From: Ktedonobacterales bacterium
Lineage (GTDB): Bacteria > Chloroflexota > Ktedonobacteria > Ktedonobacterales > JADMIN01
NCBI GenBank assembly: GCA_030167145.1
Contig: CP126532.1
Location: 1,950,001-1,982,000 of the forward strand
DNA: 32,000 bases
Reading direction: 5' to 3'
Shown piece by piece: positions 24,598 to 32,000 of the stretch; the first letter of the stretch is position 1, and the number at the start of each line of letters is the position of its first letter. The position numbers and the translations under genes were made by a program. Below the pieces are notes generated by a model. The model was not told the DNA's origin, did not search any database, and saw only the letters and a program-made list of their open reading frames with translations.

Positions 24598-26046
24598 ATG
24601 CGGACGCTGATTGCGGGCGGGACGATTGTAACGGCGAGTGATACGTATCAGGCGGATGTGTTGATCGAGGATGAGCAGATCGTGAGCGTCGGCCACGGGC
24701 TGGCGGCGGATACGACGATTGACGCGAGCGGGAAGTATGTGATTCCGGGCGGGATTGATGTGCATACGCATCTGGATATGCCGTTCGGGGGGACGGTGTC
24801 ATCGGATGATTTCTTCACGGGGCATCGCGCGGCGGCGTTTGGGGGGACAACGACGCACATAGATTTCGCGATTCAGCCGAAGGGGGCGACGCTGCGCGAG
24901 ACGCTGGACATGTGGCAGGCGAAGGCGAAGGGCAAGGCGGCGATAGATTACGGCTTCCACCTGGCGATTACCGATCTGCCGGAGCGCGTGATGAAGGAGA
25001 TTGCCCAGGCGCCGGAGTGGGGTGTGACGAGCCTGAAGCTGTTCATGGCGTACAAGGGCGCGCTGATGATTGATGATGCGACGCTCTTCAGCGCGCTGGA
25101 GCAGGCGGCGGCGCATGGGCTGCTGACGATGGTGCATGCGGAGAACGGCGACGCGATTGATATTCTGGTGAAGCAGGCGCTGGACGCGGGGCATACAGAG
25201 CCGAAGTATCACGCGCTGACGCGACCGGCGGAGTTGGAGGCGGAGGCGACGAACCGGGCGATCCGGCTGGCGGAGGTGGCGGGCGCGCCGCTCTACGTGG
25301 TGCATGTGACGAACGCGGGGGCGGTGGAGGCGATCCGGCTGGCGCGCGGGCGTGGCAAGCCAATCTATGGTGAGACCTGCGTGCAGTACTTCTTCTTCAC
25401 CAAGGATGATCTGGCGCGGCCTGGATTCGAGGGGGCGAAGTGGGTCTGCTCGCCGCCGTACCGCGAGAAGAGCGACCAGGAGGCGCTATGGCAGGCGGTG
25501 GGGATTAATGATTTGCAGGTGATCTCGACAGACCACTGCCCATTCTGGTATGAGGGCGGGCAGGATGGGCGTCCGGCGGGGAAGGAACTGGGCAAGGGCA
25601 ATTTCGCGAAGATTCCGAATGGCTGTCCTGGCATCGAGGACCGGATGATGGTGCTCTATACGCATGGCGTCGGCGGCGGGCGGTTCTCGCTGAATCGCTG
25701 GGTGGAGTTGTGCTGCACGAATCCGGCGAAGCTCTTCGGCATCTATCCGCAGAAGGGTGTGATTGCGCCGGGGAGTGACGCGGATGTGGTGGTGTGGGAT
25801 CCGAAGGCAACGCATACGATCAGCGCGAAGACGCATCACCAGCGGACGGACTATAACCTGTACGAGGGGATGAAGATGACGGGGATGCCGGTGGTGGTGC
25901 TCTCGCGCGGGCGGGCGCTGGTGCGCGACGGGCAGTGGCAGGGCGAGCCGGGCGCGGGGAAGTTCCTGAAGCGGCAGCGGTTTGGCGGCAAGCGCGAGGC
26001 GGCGCCACCCAAGGCAGCGGCGGCTGCGGGTTCGCGGAAGCAGTAG
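24598..26046 (+). CDS. hydA: dihydropyrimidinase / D-hydantoinase
   Basis: Metal-binding GGIDVHTHLDMPF, the carboxylated-lysine context SLKLFMAYKG, VHAENGD and STDHCPF. Confidence 0.9.
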   Translation: MRTLIAGGTIVTASDTYQADVLIEDEQIVSVGHGLAADTTIDASGKYVIPGGIDVHTHLDMPFGGTVSSDDFFTGHRAAAFGGTTTHIDFAIQPKGATLRETLDMWQAKAKGKAAIDYGFHLAITDLPERVMKEIAQAPEWGVTSLKLFMAYKGALMIDDATLFSALEQAAAHGLLTMVHAENGDAIDILVKQALDAGHTEPKYHALTRPAELEAEATNRAIRLAEVAGAPLYVVHVTNAGAVEAIRLARGRGKPIYGETCVQYFFFTKDDLARPGFEGAKWVCSPPYREKSDQEALWQAVGINDLQVISTDHCPFWYEGGQDGRPAGKELGKGNFAKIPNGCPGIEDRMMVLYTHGVGGGRFSLNRWVELCCTNPAKLFGIYPQKGVIAPGSDADVVVWDPKATHTISAKTHHQRTDYNLYEGMKMTGMPVVVLSRGRALVRDGQWQGEPGAGKFLKRQRFGGKREAAPPKAAAAAGSRKQ

Positions 26047-26065
26047 CGAAGAGAACAAGTACAAT

Positions 26066-26097
26066 GAGGTCGCGTGGGAGGCGCGGCCTCGTTTTTC
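26066..26097 (+). terminator. rho-independent terminator
   Basis: GAGGTCGCG-TGGGAGG-CGCGGCCTC followed by GTTTTT. Confidence 0.7.
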
Positions 26098-26121
26098 TTG
26101 TTGTAACGAGGGGAAGGGCGT

Positions 26122-26331
26122 ATGGCGACTCGCGTAATTCTGGTCATCGCTGGGGTGTTTGCTTTCATCGGTATGGCATACATGCTGCTTGCGCTCTTCG
26201 CAGTGCGTTCCGTTGAAAACGGGGTATCCCGTCATATCATTGACGGAACTGGGATCACGCGGGGTGCGTCTCTCATAATCCTGGCAGTGGTACTCGCGGT
26301 GATCGCTTTTGTAGTGCGATCTGGCCGCTAA
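26122..26331 (+). CDS. small two-TM membrane protein
   Basis: 69-aa ORF with two hydrophobic helices, a GAGGGGA SD, and its own terminator at 26366-26401. Confidence 0.45.
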   Translation: MATRVILVIAGVFAFIGMAYMLLALFAVRSVENGVSRHIIDGTGITRGASLIILAVVLAVIAFVVRSGR

Positions 26332-26365
26332 AAGTATCCCCCACTCCAAAAATGCACAGGATACG

Positions 26366-26401
26366 AAGCCCTTGGCTGGGAGTGCCAGGGGCTTTCTCGT
26401 T
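26366..26401 (+). terminator. rho-independent terminator
   Basis: AGCCCTTGGC-TGGGAGT-GCCAGGGGCT followed by TTCTCGTT. Confidence 0.6.
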
Positions 26402-26416
26402 GCGTTGACCCATTTC

Positions 26417-26466
26417 ACGGCTCGCCGGTGAAGAAGTGACGGACGTCGGCGAGTTCGATGCTGCGG
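26417..26466. repeat. displaced copy of the helicase gene 3' end (left direct repeat of the DinD island)
   Basis: 47/50 identical to 27844-27893. On the minus strand it still reads RSIELADVRHFFTGEP followed by a stop codon at the same position as in the live gene. Confidence 0.9.
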
Positions 26467-26516
26467 AATCTTGCCCGGACAGGGATTATGAGATAGTGTA
26501 TAATGTATTATAGACA

Positions 26517-26525
26517 TGTTATAAT
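26517..26525 (+). promoter_or_regulatory. extended -10 TGTTATAAT at the left end of the island
   Basis: Perfect TGnTATAAT, preceded by a second TATAAT that lies within the palindrome TATAAT-GT-ATTATA (26499-26512). Confidence 0.5.
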
Positions 26526-26612
26526 GGAATATAAAACCCTGTGGGCTATGTTGTCCCTGAGTGCGGGTGGTTGCAATTTCTTCGTGCAGACGTAGCGGAA
26601 GAAGGCAGAGTC

Positions 26613-26849
26613 ATGGGCGACAATGTTCCAGCGACAAGCGAGGCGAGCGGTCGGTGGGTCAACTTCGGCGCCTTTCAGAAGGCGGTTGGTCGTCCGCAAC
26701 TCAATGTGCGCTTTGCGGTCAAGGCCCTCGGCAAAATGCCACGTCGTAAGCCAGATGACCAGCGTTTCACGCAGTACAATCTTGACTGGGCTGATGAGGT
26801 ACGCGAGTACCTTGATAGTCTGGGGAACCCAGTCTCTCCAAATGCCTGA
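26613..26849 (+). CDS. hypothetical 78-aa protein
   Basis: ATG at 26613 after GAAGAAGG. It lies directly upstream of the dinD-like gene. I recognise no family. Confidence 0.45.
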   Translation: MGDNVPATSEASGRWVNFGAFQKAVGRPQLNVRFAVKALGKMPRRKPDDQRFTQYNLDWADEVREYLDSLGNPVSPNA

Positions 26850-26899
26850 GAAGTTGCATCTTTGCGTAGCGTAGCCGCGCGCGGCTTGGAGGCTCCAGC

Positions 26900-27820
26900 T
26901 TGAGCGATTCGGAGAACACGAACACCACTGATAGTGATGACTCCCAGGATGACGCTAAGGCAGGGTTTGATTCCATCCGCCAGATCAGCCCCTATGGCGC
27001 GGAGTATTGGAGTGCACGGGATCTGTATCTCTTGCTCGGCTACGACACTTGGCGACGGTTTGAAACAGCCATCGAGCGCGCAAAAATAGCCTGTGCGAAC
27101 ATGGGCGAAGAGGTCGCCGATCATTTTGCCGGAGCCGTCAAGATGATCGAGGTCGGCAAAGGCGCGCAGCGAGAAGCCAGTGACTATGCGCTCTCGCGCT
27201 TCGGCTGCTACCTCACGGCCATGAACGGCGACCCACGCAAGCCAGAGATCGCGAATGCCCAGGGATACTTCGCAGTCCAGACGCGCCGAATGGAGCAATG
27301 GGACGAACTGCGCGAGTCGCTTGCTGAGCGTGCCGAGCGGCGGCAGCAACTTACGGAAGCTAACAAGCACTTGAATGCGACTGCGCAGGTACATGGACTG
27401 GAGCGCCACTCGTTCGGGCGTCTCCACGACGCTGGGACAAAGGGCCTTTATGGTGGTCGGTCAGTTCATGACCTGAAGACAATCAAAGGGATTGCGGGGA
27501 AAGAGGACTTCGCCGACCGCATGGGACTGGAGGAGTTGGCCGCGAACCTTTTTGTACGCACGCAAACCGAGGCCAAGGTGCGCAATGAACAGATACGGGG
27601 CAGCGATGCAATCGTGGGCGCGCACTACGAGGTGGGCGCAGAAACGCGGACGGTCATCGAGCGAATCGGCGGCACCAAGCCAGAGGAACTGCCAGCAGAG
27701 CCATCCATTCGTCCGCTACTTGCCCAACGTGAGCGCCAGAGCAAGAAGCAACTTCCGCAGCAAGATGGACCGACGCTCTTTGATGATCTTGGGCCATCCG
27801 ATGACGATAAGCCCCAATAG
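26900..27820 (+). CDS. dinD: DNA-damage-inducible protein D (DinD) family
   Basis: FDSIRQISPYGAEYWSARDLYLLLGYDTWRRFETAIERAK...YALSRFGCYLTAMNGDPRKPEIANAQGYFA...RLHDAGTKGLYGG matches my recollection of DinD proteins. TTG start with a GGAGG SD 6 nt upstream. Confidence 0.7.
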   Translation: MSDSENTNTTDSDDSQDDAKAGFDSIRQISPYGAEYWSARDLYLLLGYDTWRRFETAIERAKIACANMGEEVADHFAGAVKMIEVGKGAQREASDYALSRFGCYLTAMNGDPRKPEIANAQGYFAVQTRRMEQWDELRESLAERAERRQQLTEANKHLNATAQVHGLERHSFGRLHDAGTKGLYGGRSVHDLKTIKGIAGKEDFADRMGLEELAANLFVRTQTEAKVRNEQIRGSDAIVGAHYEVGAETRTVIERIGGTKPEELPAEPSIRPLLAQRERQSKKQLPQQDGPTLFDDLGPSDDDKPQ

Positions 27821-27841
27821 CTTGCGCATGACGGTCGGACA

Positions 27842-29827
27842 CTACGGTTCGCTGGTGAAGAAGTGGCGGACGTCGGCGAGTTCGATGCTGCGGCGGGCAG
27901 GGGGCAGCGCGGCGAGCACCTGGCGCCCGTAGCTCTTGGTGTGGAGGCGTTTGTCGAGGATGGCCATGACGCCACGGTCGTCGTGGGTGCGCAGCAGGCG
28001 CCCGATGCCTTGCTTGAGGCGCAGGATGGCGAGCGGCAGGGTATACTCGCCGAACCAGTTTTGGCCGGCGTCTTTCATGCGGGTGACGCGGGCTTCGTTG
28101 ACGGGGTCGTCGGGGGGATCGAAGGGGAGTTTGTCTATGACGACGAGCGAGAGCGCTTCGCCGACGATGTCTACGCCTTCCCAAAAGCTTTTGAGGCCAA
28201 AGAGGACGGCGCTGGGTAGCTCGCGGAACTGGCGCAGCATTTCGATGCGGGCAAGGTCGCGGCCCTGGACGATGAGTGAGTAGCCGTCGGCGGTGAGGTC
28301 ATCGGCGAGGCGCTCATGCACGCCGCGCAGGGCGGCATTGCTGCTGAAGAGGAGGAATGCGCGGCCTGCGGAGGCTTCGACCAGGGCGCGCATCTGTTCG
28401 GCCAGCTCGTCCAGATAGGGGCCGCTGGCAGCGCCATACGCTGGCTCCAGCCGCATGCGGGGGACGTAGAGCAGGGCGTGGGCGCGGTAGTCGAAGGCGA
28501 GGGGCAGCACGACCTCTTTGGCGGCATCTAGCCCGACGCGCGAGCGGAAGAAGCGGAAGTCGCCGCCGACGGCGAGGGTGGCGGAGGTGGCGATGGTGGG
28601 AATCTTGTCGAAGAGCTTTTCACGCAGCAGCGTGGTGACATCCAACGGCGCGGCGGAGACGCTGGGCTGGGGTCCGCGACGGCCCCGCTCGCCGGTCTGC
28701 TCGACGTAGTAGACGCGCTCTTCGGGCTGCTTGACGCCGAAGACGATGCGCAGGTCGGAGGCGAGGGAGCGAGTGCGTTTTACTAACTTTTCGTAGAGTT
28801 GCTCTTCTTTGGGGTCCATCTCTGGGGGGCGATGGAAAACGAGGTCGTTGGTTAGCTCGTCTATGGCGGAGGCGAGGCGCAGTCCTTCTTGTAGCGGCTC
28901 GGCAAGCAACTGGCGACCACGGGCGTCGGGGCGGGTGACGCGGGCGAGGGCGCCCCAGAGCATGGTGTCGGCGTCGGCGGCGTCTTGCAGTTTTTGCGCG
29001 TCTACGTTGCCCCGAAGACGGCGCTGGGCGAGGAGGGTTTGCACACGGCTAGGGGTGACGGTGACGGTGAAGGCGCGGGTAGCTTCTTCTTCGAGGTGGT
29101 GGGCTTCGTCAATAACGATGGTATCGCGTTCGGGCAGCAGCCAGCCATCCATGGCGGCGTCTATGAGCAGCAGGGTGTGGTTGACGACGATGACCTGGGC
29201 ATCCTCGGAGCGTTCGCGCATCTTGCGGACGTAGCAATCGTGATAGAAGGAGCAGGCGCGCCAGGCGCAGTTATCGCTATCGGTGGAGAGACGCCCGCGC
29301 ACGTCGGGTGGCAGCGCGCGGGGAAGCTGGTCGAAGTCGCCGTCCCAGTCGTCATCTTCGAGCGACTTCATCATGTCGTCGAAGGCGGGGGTATGGACGA
29401 ACTGCTGGAAGCTTTGCTCTTCTTGAAGGCGGTCGAGACATAGGTAGTTGCCCATGCCTTTGACGAGGGCGGCGCGGAAGTTGGTGACGTTTTGGCGGAT
29501 GAAGGGGATGTCTTTATAGAAGAGTTGCTCTTGCAGGTTTTTGTTGGCGGTGCTGATGAGGGCGACTTTGCCGGAGCGGACGATGGGAAGTAAGTAGGCC
29601 AAACTCTTCCCGGTGCCGGTCGCAGCCTCGATCACGAGAGGATGCCCGTTTTCCAGAGAGGCAGCGACGTGGCGGGCCATTTCGATTTGGGGAGGGCGCT
29701 CTTCGTAGCCGGGGAGGGCGCGTGAGAGGACGCCGCCCGCGCGGAGGTCCGTCTCGACCTGCTCGCGCAGGGGTTTCTCGTCGCCGTTGTCGTTCGCCAC
29801 TGCCGTCCCGCCTCCTACTCGTCTCAT
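27842..29827 (-). CDS. dinG: DinG/XPD-family ATP-dependent DNA helicase with Fe-S cysteines
   Basis: Walker A AATGTGKSLAYL, DEAH box VIDEAHHLEE, the cysteine cluster YLCLD...DNCAWRACSFYHDC, and C-terminal helicase motifs. Confidence 0.85.
   Translation of the reverse strand: MRRVGGGTAVANDNGDEKPLREQVETDLRAGGVLSRALPGYEERPPQIEMARHVAASLENGHPLVIEAATGTGKSLAYLLPIVRSGKVALISTANKNLQEQLFYKDIPFIRQNVTNFRAALVKGMGNYLCLDRLQEEQSFQQFVHTPAFDDMMKSLEDDDWDGDFDQLPRALPPDVRGRLSTDSDNCAWRACSFYHDCYVRKMRERSEDAQVIVVNHTLLLIDAAMDGWLLPERDTIVIDEAHHLEEEATRAFTVTVTPSRVQTLLAQRRLRGNVDAQKLQDAADADTMLWGALARVTRPDARGRQLLAEPLQEGLRLASAIDELTNDLVFHRPPEMDPKEEQLYEKLVKRTRSLASDLRIVFGVKQPEERVYYVEQTGERGRRGPQPSVSAAPLDVTTLLREKLFDKIPTIATSATLAVGGDFRFFRSRVGLDAAKEVVLPLAFDYRAHALLYVPRMRLEPAYGAASGPYLDELAEQMRALVEASAGRAFLLFSSNAALRGVHERLADDLTADGYSLIVQGRDLARIEMLRQFRELPSAVLFGLKSFWEGVDIVGEALSLVVIDKLPFDPPDDPVNEARVTRMKDAGQNWFGEYTLPLAILRLKQGIGRLLRTHDDRGVMAILDKRLHTKSYGRQVLAALPPARRSIELADVRHFFTSEP
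27844..27893. repeat. right direct repeat of the DinD island (the functional 3' end of the helicase gene)
   Basis: See 26417-26466. Confidence 0.9.
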
Positions 29828-29850
29828 TGCCTCGCCAGTGTATCATATGG

Positions 29851-29990
29851 CCGGAGCGGGCGGTTGAAACCGCGCCTGTATGGCGTGCCGCCGCAAAGCC
29901 CGCCTGCGCGGGCTGGAGATGGAGTGGATGTCCGCAGCAATTGGTAAGAGTGCATCATGGCCGGAGCACAACCGCGAGGACATAAATGCC
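29851..29990. repeat. dispersed-repeat mosaic
   Basis: It shares modules with 20951-21095 and 24324-24400: GCGGGCGGTTGAAACCGCGC, GCAATTGGTAAGAGTGCATCATGGCCGGAGCACAACCG and CATAAATGCC. Confidence 0.8.
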
Positions 29991-30025
29991 AGGGAACTCC
30001 GTGCGGAGGATCCTAGCAGGGGGCA

Positions 30026-30195
30026 GGATGGGTGATACAGGAAGCTCGCGGCATGAATGCCGCGGGTAATCCCGATTGGCAAGCTTGCCGCATAAATACA
30101 GCGACTCGTCTCGTGGCGAGAGAACAGCGGGTGGTGGGATGGGTGATACAGGAAGCTCGCGGCATGAATGCCGCGGGTAATCCCAATTGGCAAGC
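30026..30195. repeat. two copies of a 59-nt unit, 111 nt apart
   Basis: 30026-30084 and 30137-30195 are 58/59 identical. Each contains the hairpin CGCGGCAT-GA-ATGCCGCG. Confidence 0.9.
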
Positions 30196-30299
30196 AGAAA
30201 CACAGGCGAATATGTCGTGCTGATGTGAATCTCGCCTGTGAACCAGGGTTGCGCCGCATATGGGGCAAAACATGGTTCCTCCACAGCACAACTACTATG

Positions 30300-31556
30300 C
30301 TAGAACGCGGTGAGGCACATGGGCGGCTCATCAGTGAGAAATATCCGGTTAACGGTGGCGAGGTGGGATGGGTCGGAGATTTCGGCTAGCCCATAGGTGT
30401 GGAGGGTTTTGAAGGGGACGACGCCCAGCAGCAGCGAGGAGAATGCGGCGACATCGAGGCGTATCTCTGCGTCGTGCGCGGCGGCGTCGGTGAGTTTGGC
30501 GTGCCCGCGATCAAAGGCGATGATGAGGCTGCCGTCGTTGGATGGGAAGAAGCTGTCGGCAATGGTGAGCTTGAGGCGGAGGGTCTGGCCGCCGAAGTCG
30601 TGGTCGGCGAGGGCACGGAAGGCGGCGGGGGTATCGAGCACGCGATACATCAGCCCGACGCCAGCCGTGTTGGTGATATGCGCGAACGTGCCAGCGCGGA
30701 TGATCTCGCCGCTATTGTTGCGTGGGTCGGGGAAGAGGTAGTGGAAATGCTCATCCTGCGAGCGCAGCACGACATAGCTGATCTGGTCGGCCTGGCTGCG
30801 CAGGAAGGCGAACAGCGCCGCAAGGGCGTCGCGCGAGGTGTAGACCAGCTCGGCGACGTAGATGTCGTTGGAGAGGAAGTTATCGGGATTGCCGGGCTTG
30901 AAGGTGAAGACGAGATAGCCGTCAAGCTGGCCGTCGCGCCAGCAACCGACGGCGCGATTCTCGGCGTTGCTGAAGCGGCGAGTGAAGTCGCTTTCGGCGC
31001 GGCGCATCATGCCGTGGGTATGCTGCTGGTAGCGGTCGTAGCAATCCAGCACGGCGGGGATGTCGGTGTTGGTGAGGAAGGCGACGCCGCGTTTGTCGCC
31101 CGCTGGCAGGTCGGCGGGACGCAGGCGATATTCGCTCATCTTGGTTCCATAGCCGAAGCCCATCTGCCGGTAGAAGTCGGGGCGGAAGGGATAGAGCGCG
31201 GCGAAGGGATAGCCGCGGGTATGGTAGTGGTCGAGATAGAAGGTGACGATATCTTTGGCGATGTGCTCTTTTTTGTGGAGCAGGTCTACGGCGACGAGGG
31301 CAAGTCCGCCGGTGGGGACCTGCGCGCCGAAGGTGTTCATGATGAAGTCGAAAAGGCGCATGCCGCCGGTCAGGACGCCATCGTCGAAGGCGCCATAAAT
31401 AAGGGTCGTCGGGTCGGCGGCGGCTTCGGCGAGCCAGCGGTCGGCGGCCTGGCGCAATTCGTCTTCGGTATGGACGGGGAAGGCGGGGTAGGCATTGTAG
31501 ACGATGCGGGCGAAGGGCAGGTGTTCTTCTTCGGTAAGCGGGCGAATCTGGCGCAT
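30300..31556 (-). CDS. Eis-like GNAT N-acetyltransferase (GNAT plus SCP2-like C-terminus)
   Basis: MRQIRPLTEEE...GGLALVAVDLLHKKEHIAKDIV...ALYPFRPDFYRQMGFGY matches the Eis family pattern at about 418 aa. AAGGAG SD before the ATG at 31554-31556. Confidence 0.75.
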   Translation of the reverse strand: MRQIRPLTEEEHLPFARIVYNAYPAFPVHTEDELRQAADRWLAEAAADPTTLIYGAFDDGVLTGGMRLFDFIMNTFGAQVPTGGLALVAVDLLHKKEHIAKDIVTFYLDHYHTRGYPFAALYPFRPDFYRQMGFGYGTKMSEYRLRPADLPAGDKRGVAFLTNTDIPAVLDCYDRYQQHTHGMMRRAESDFTRRFSNAENRAVGCWRDGQLDGYLVFTFKPGNPDNFLSNDIYVAELVYTSRDALAALFAFLRSQADQISYVVLRSQDEHFHYLFPDPRNNSGEIIRAGTFAHITNTAGVGLMYRVLDTPAAFRALADHDFGGQTLRLKLTIADSFFPSNDGSLIIAFDRGHAKLTDAAAHDAEIRLDVAAFSSLLLGVVPFKTLHTYGLAEISDPSHLATVNRIFLTDEPPMCLTAF

Positions 31557-31680
31557 AAAGGTGGCGCTCCTTGGGCGGTAGCTCGATGGGCTTGGGAAGA
31601 TACCCACCGAGTGTACCACCGGGAACGCCACACATGCCGCTTAGACCGGGGTGAGCGTATGCCTGAGCACGTACAGGTAG

Positions 31681-31704
31681 GACAGACAAGAATATCCGTC
31701 CCAC
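31681..31704. repeat. copy of the GACAGACAAGAAT(G/A)TCCG(C/T)CCCAC dispersed hairpin
   Basis: Related to 24462-24489 and 12379-12403. Confidence 0.7.
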
Positions 31705-31720
31705 CGCGCAGGCAACACAC

Positions 31721-32000
31721 TTACGGCGCGGGGTGCTGGGGCAGGAGAATGGCGAGCAGGAAGGGTAGCAGTACGATCACTGCCGAGGTGGCGAGGGTCC
31801 AGAGGGCGCCCGCCGCAAGCGGGGTGTCGGCTACGTAGCGCTGCCAGACGGCGATACGGCGCAAGAGGCGCACGCAGGAGACGATATAGACGGCGATGCC
31901 CAGAAGCAGCCCAACGCTGAAGACGAGGACGGAGACCTGTTGCTGGGCGAAGAAGCCGAGGCTGGCGGTGACGGTGCGGGCGATGGCCGTCAGCACCAGT
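31721..32000 (-). CDS. C-terminal part of a hydrophobic membrane protein; the frame stays open to the window edge
   Basis: The frame is open from the right edge to the stop at 31721 and encodes 2-3 hydrophobic helices. No family is recognised. Confidence 0.35.
   Translation of the reverse strand, partial: LVLTAIARTVTASLGFFAQQQVSVLVFSVGLLLGIAVYIVSCVRLLRRIAVWQRYVADTPLAAGALWTLATSAVIVLLPFLLAILLPQHPAP

Larger units (their letters stand above)
26467..27843. mobile_element. ~1.38-kb integrated mini-island without a recombinase, carrying a small ORF and a dinD-like gene
   Basis: It is bounded by the 50-bp direct repeats. GC content is lower and there is an AT-rich promoter region. It splits a convergent gene pair exactly at the helicase stop. 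Confidence 0.55.

Noticed and set aside
30026-30195. A possible CRISPR array, based on the duplicated 59-nt unit.
   Set aside because: There are only two copies. The unit is much longer than CRISPR repeats, there is a single 52-nt spacer, no cas genes are in the window, and the unit resembles the other dispersed hairpin modules.

Overview
High-GC (~65%) bacterial chromosomal window. The gene content and the short hairpin repeats in almost every intergenic gap suggest a Chloroflexota/Ktedonobacteria-like genome, but that is only a guess. Recognisable core genes are uvrC, a membrane-anchored cyclophilin PPIase, an acyl-CoA ligase, a BNR/Asp-box lipoprotein, an AI-2E transporter, lipA, tRNA-Val(GAC), a hydantoinase/carbamoylase/LLM-oxidoreductase cluster, a DinG-family helicase and an Eis-like GNAT. 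Small accessory modules sit between them: a Doc cassette with an unrecognised upstream partner, HigBA, VapBC, an orphan antitoxin-like gene and a DinD mini-island. The observations I rate highest are these. (1) Two large secreted multidomain proteins, an S53 peptidase and a 1051-aa protein with an unrecognised ~520-aa N-terminal domain, share nearly the same promoter, long 5' leader, signal peptide, Ig-like modules, C-terminal module, 3' UTR and terminator, and differ only in the payload domain. The last ~188 nt of the leader are ~96% identical and non-coding, which makes it a candidate cis-regulatory RNA. (2) Recombinase-less cargo cassettes are bounded by direct repeats. A 1.38-kb DinD island is flanked by a 50-bp duplication of the helicase 3' end, HigBA is flanked by a perfect 24-bp repeat, and VapBC abuts tRNA-Val with a weak 10-12 bp repeat. 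(3) An LLM/F420-type oxidoreductase sits between beta-ureidopropionase and dihydropyrimidinase, where a dihydropyrimidine dehydrogenase would be expected. (4) A highly repetitive HTH gene carries an exact 18-nt motif four times and a 9-bp microsatellite. All calls come from reading the sequence and the ORF translations. No database search was run.
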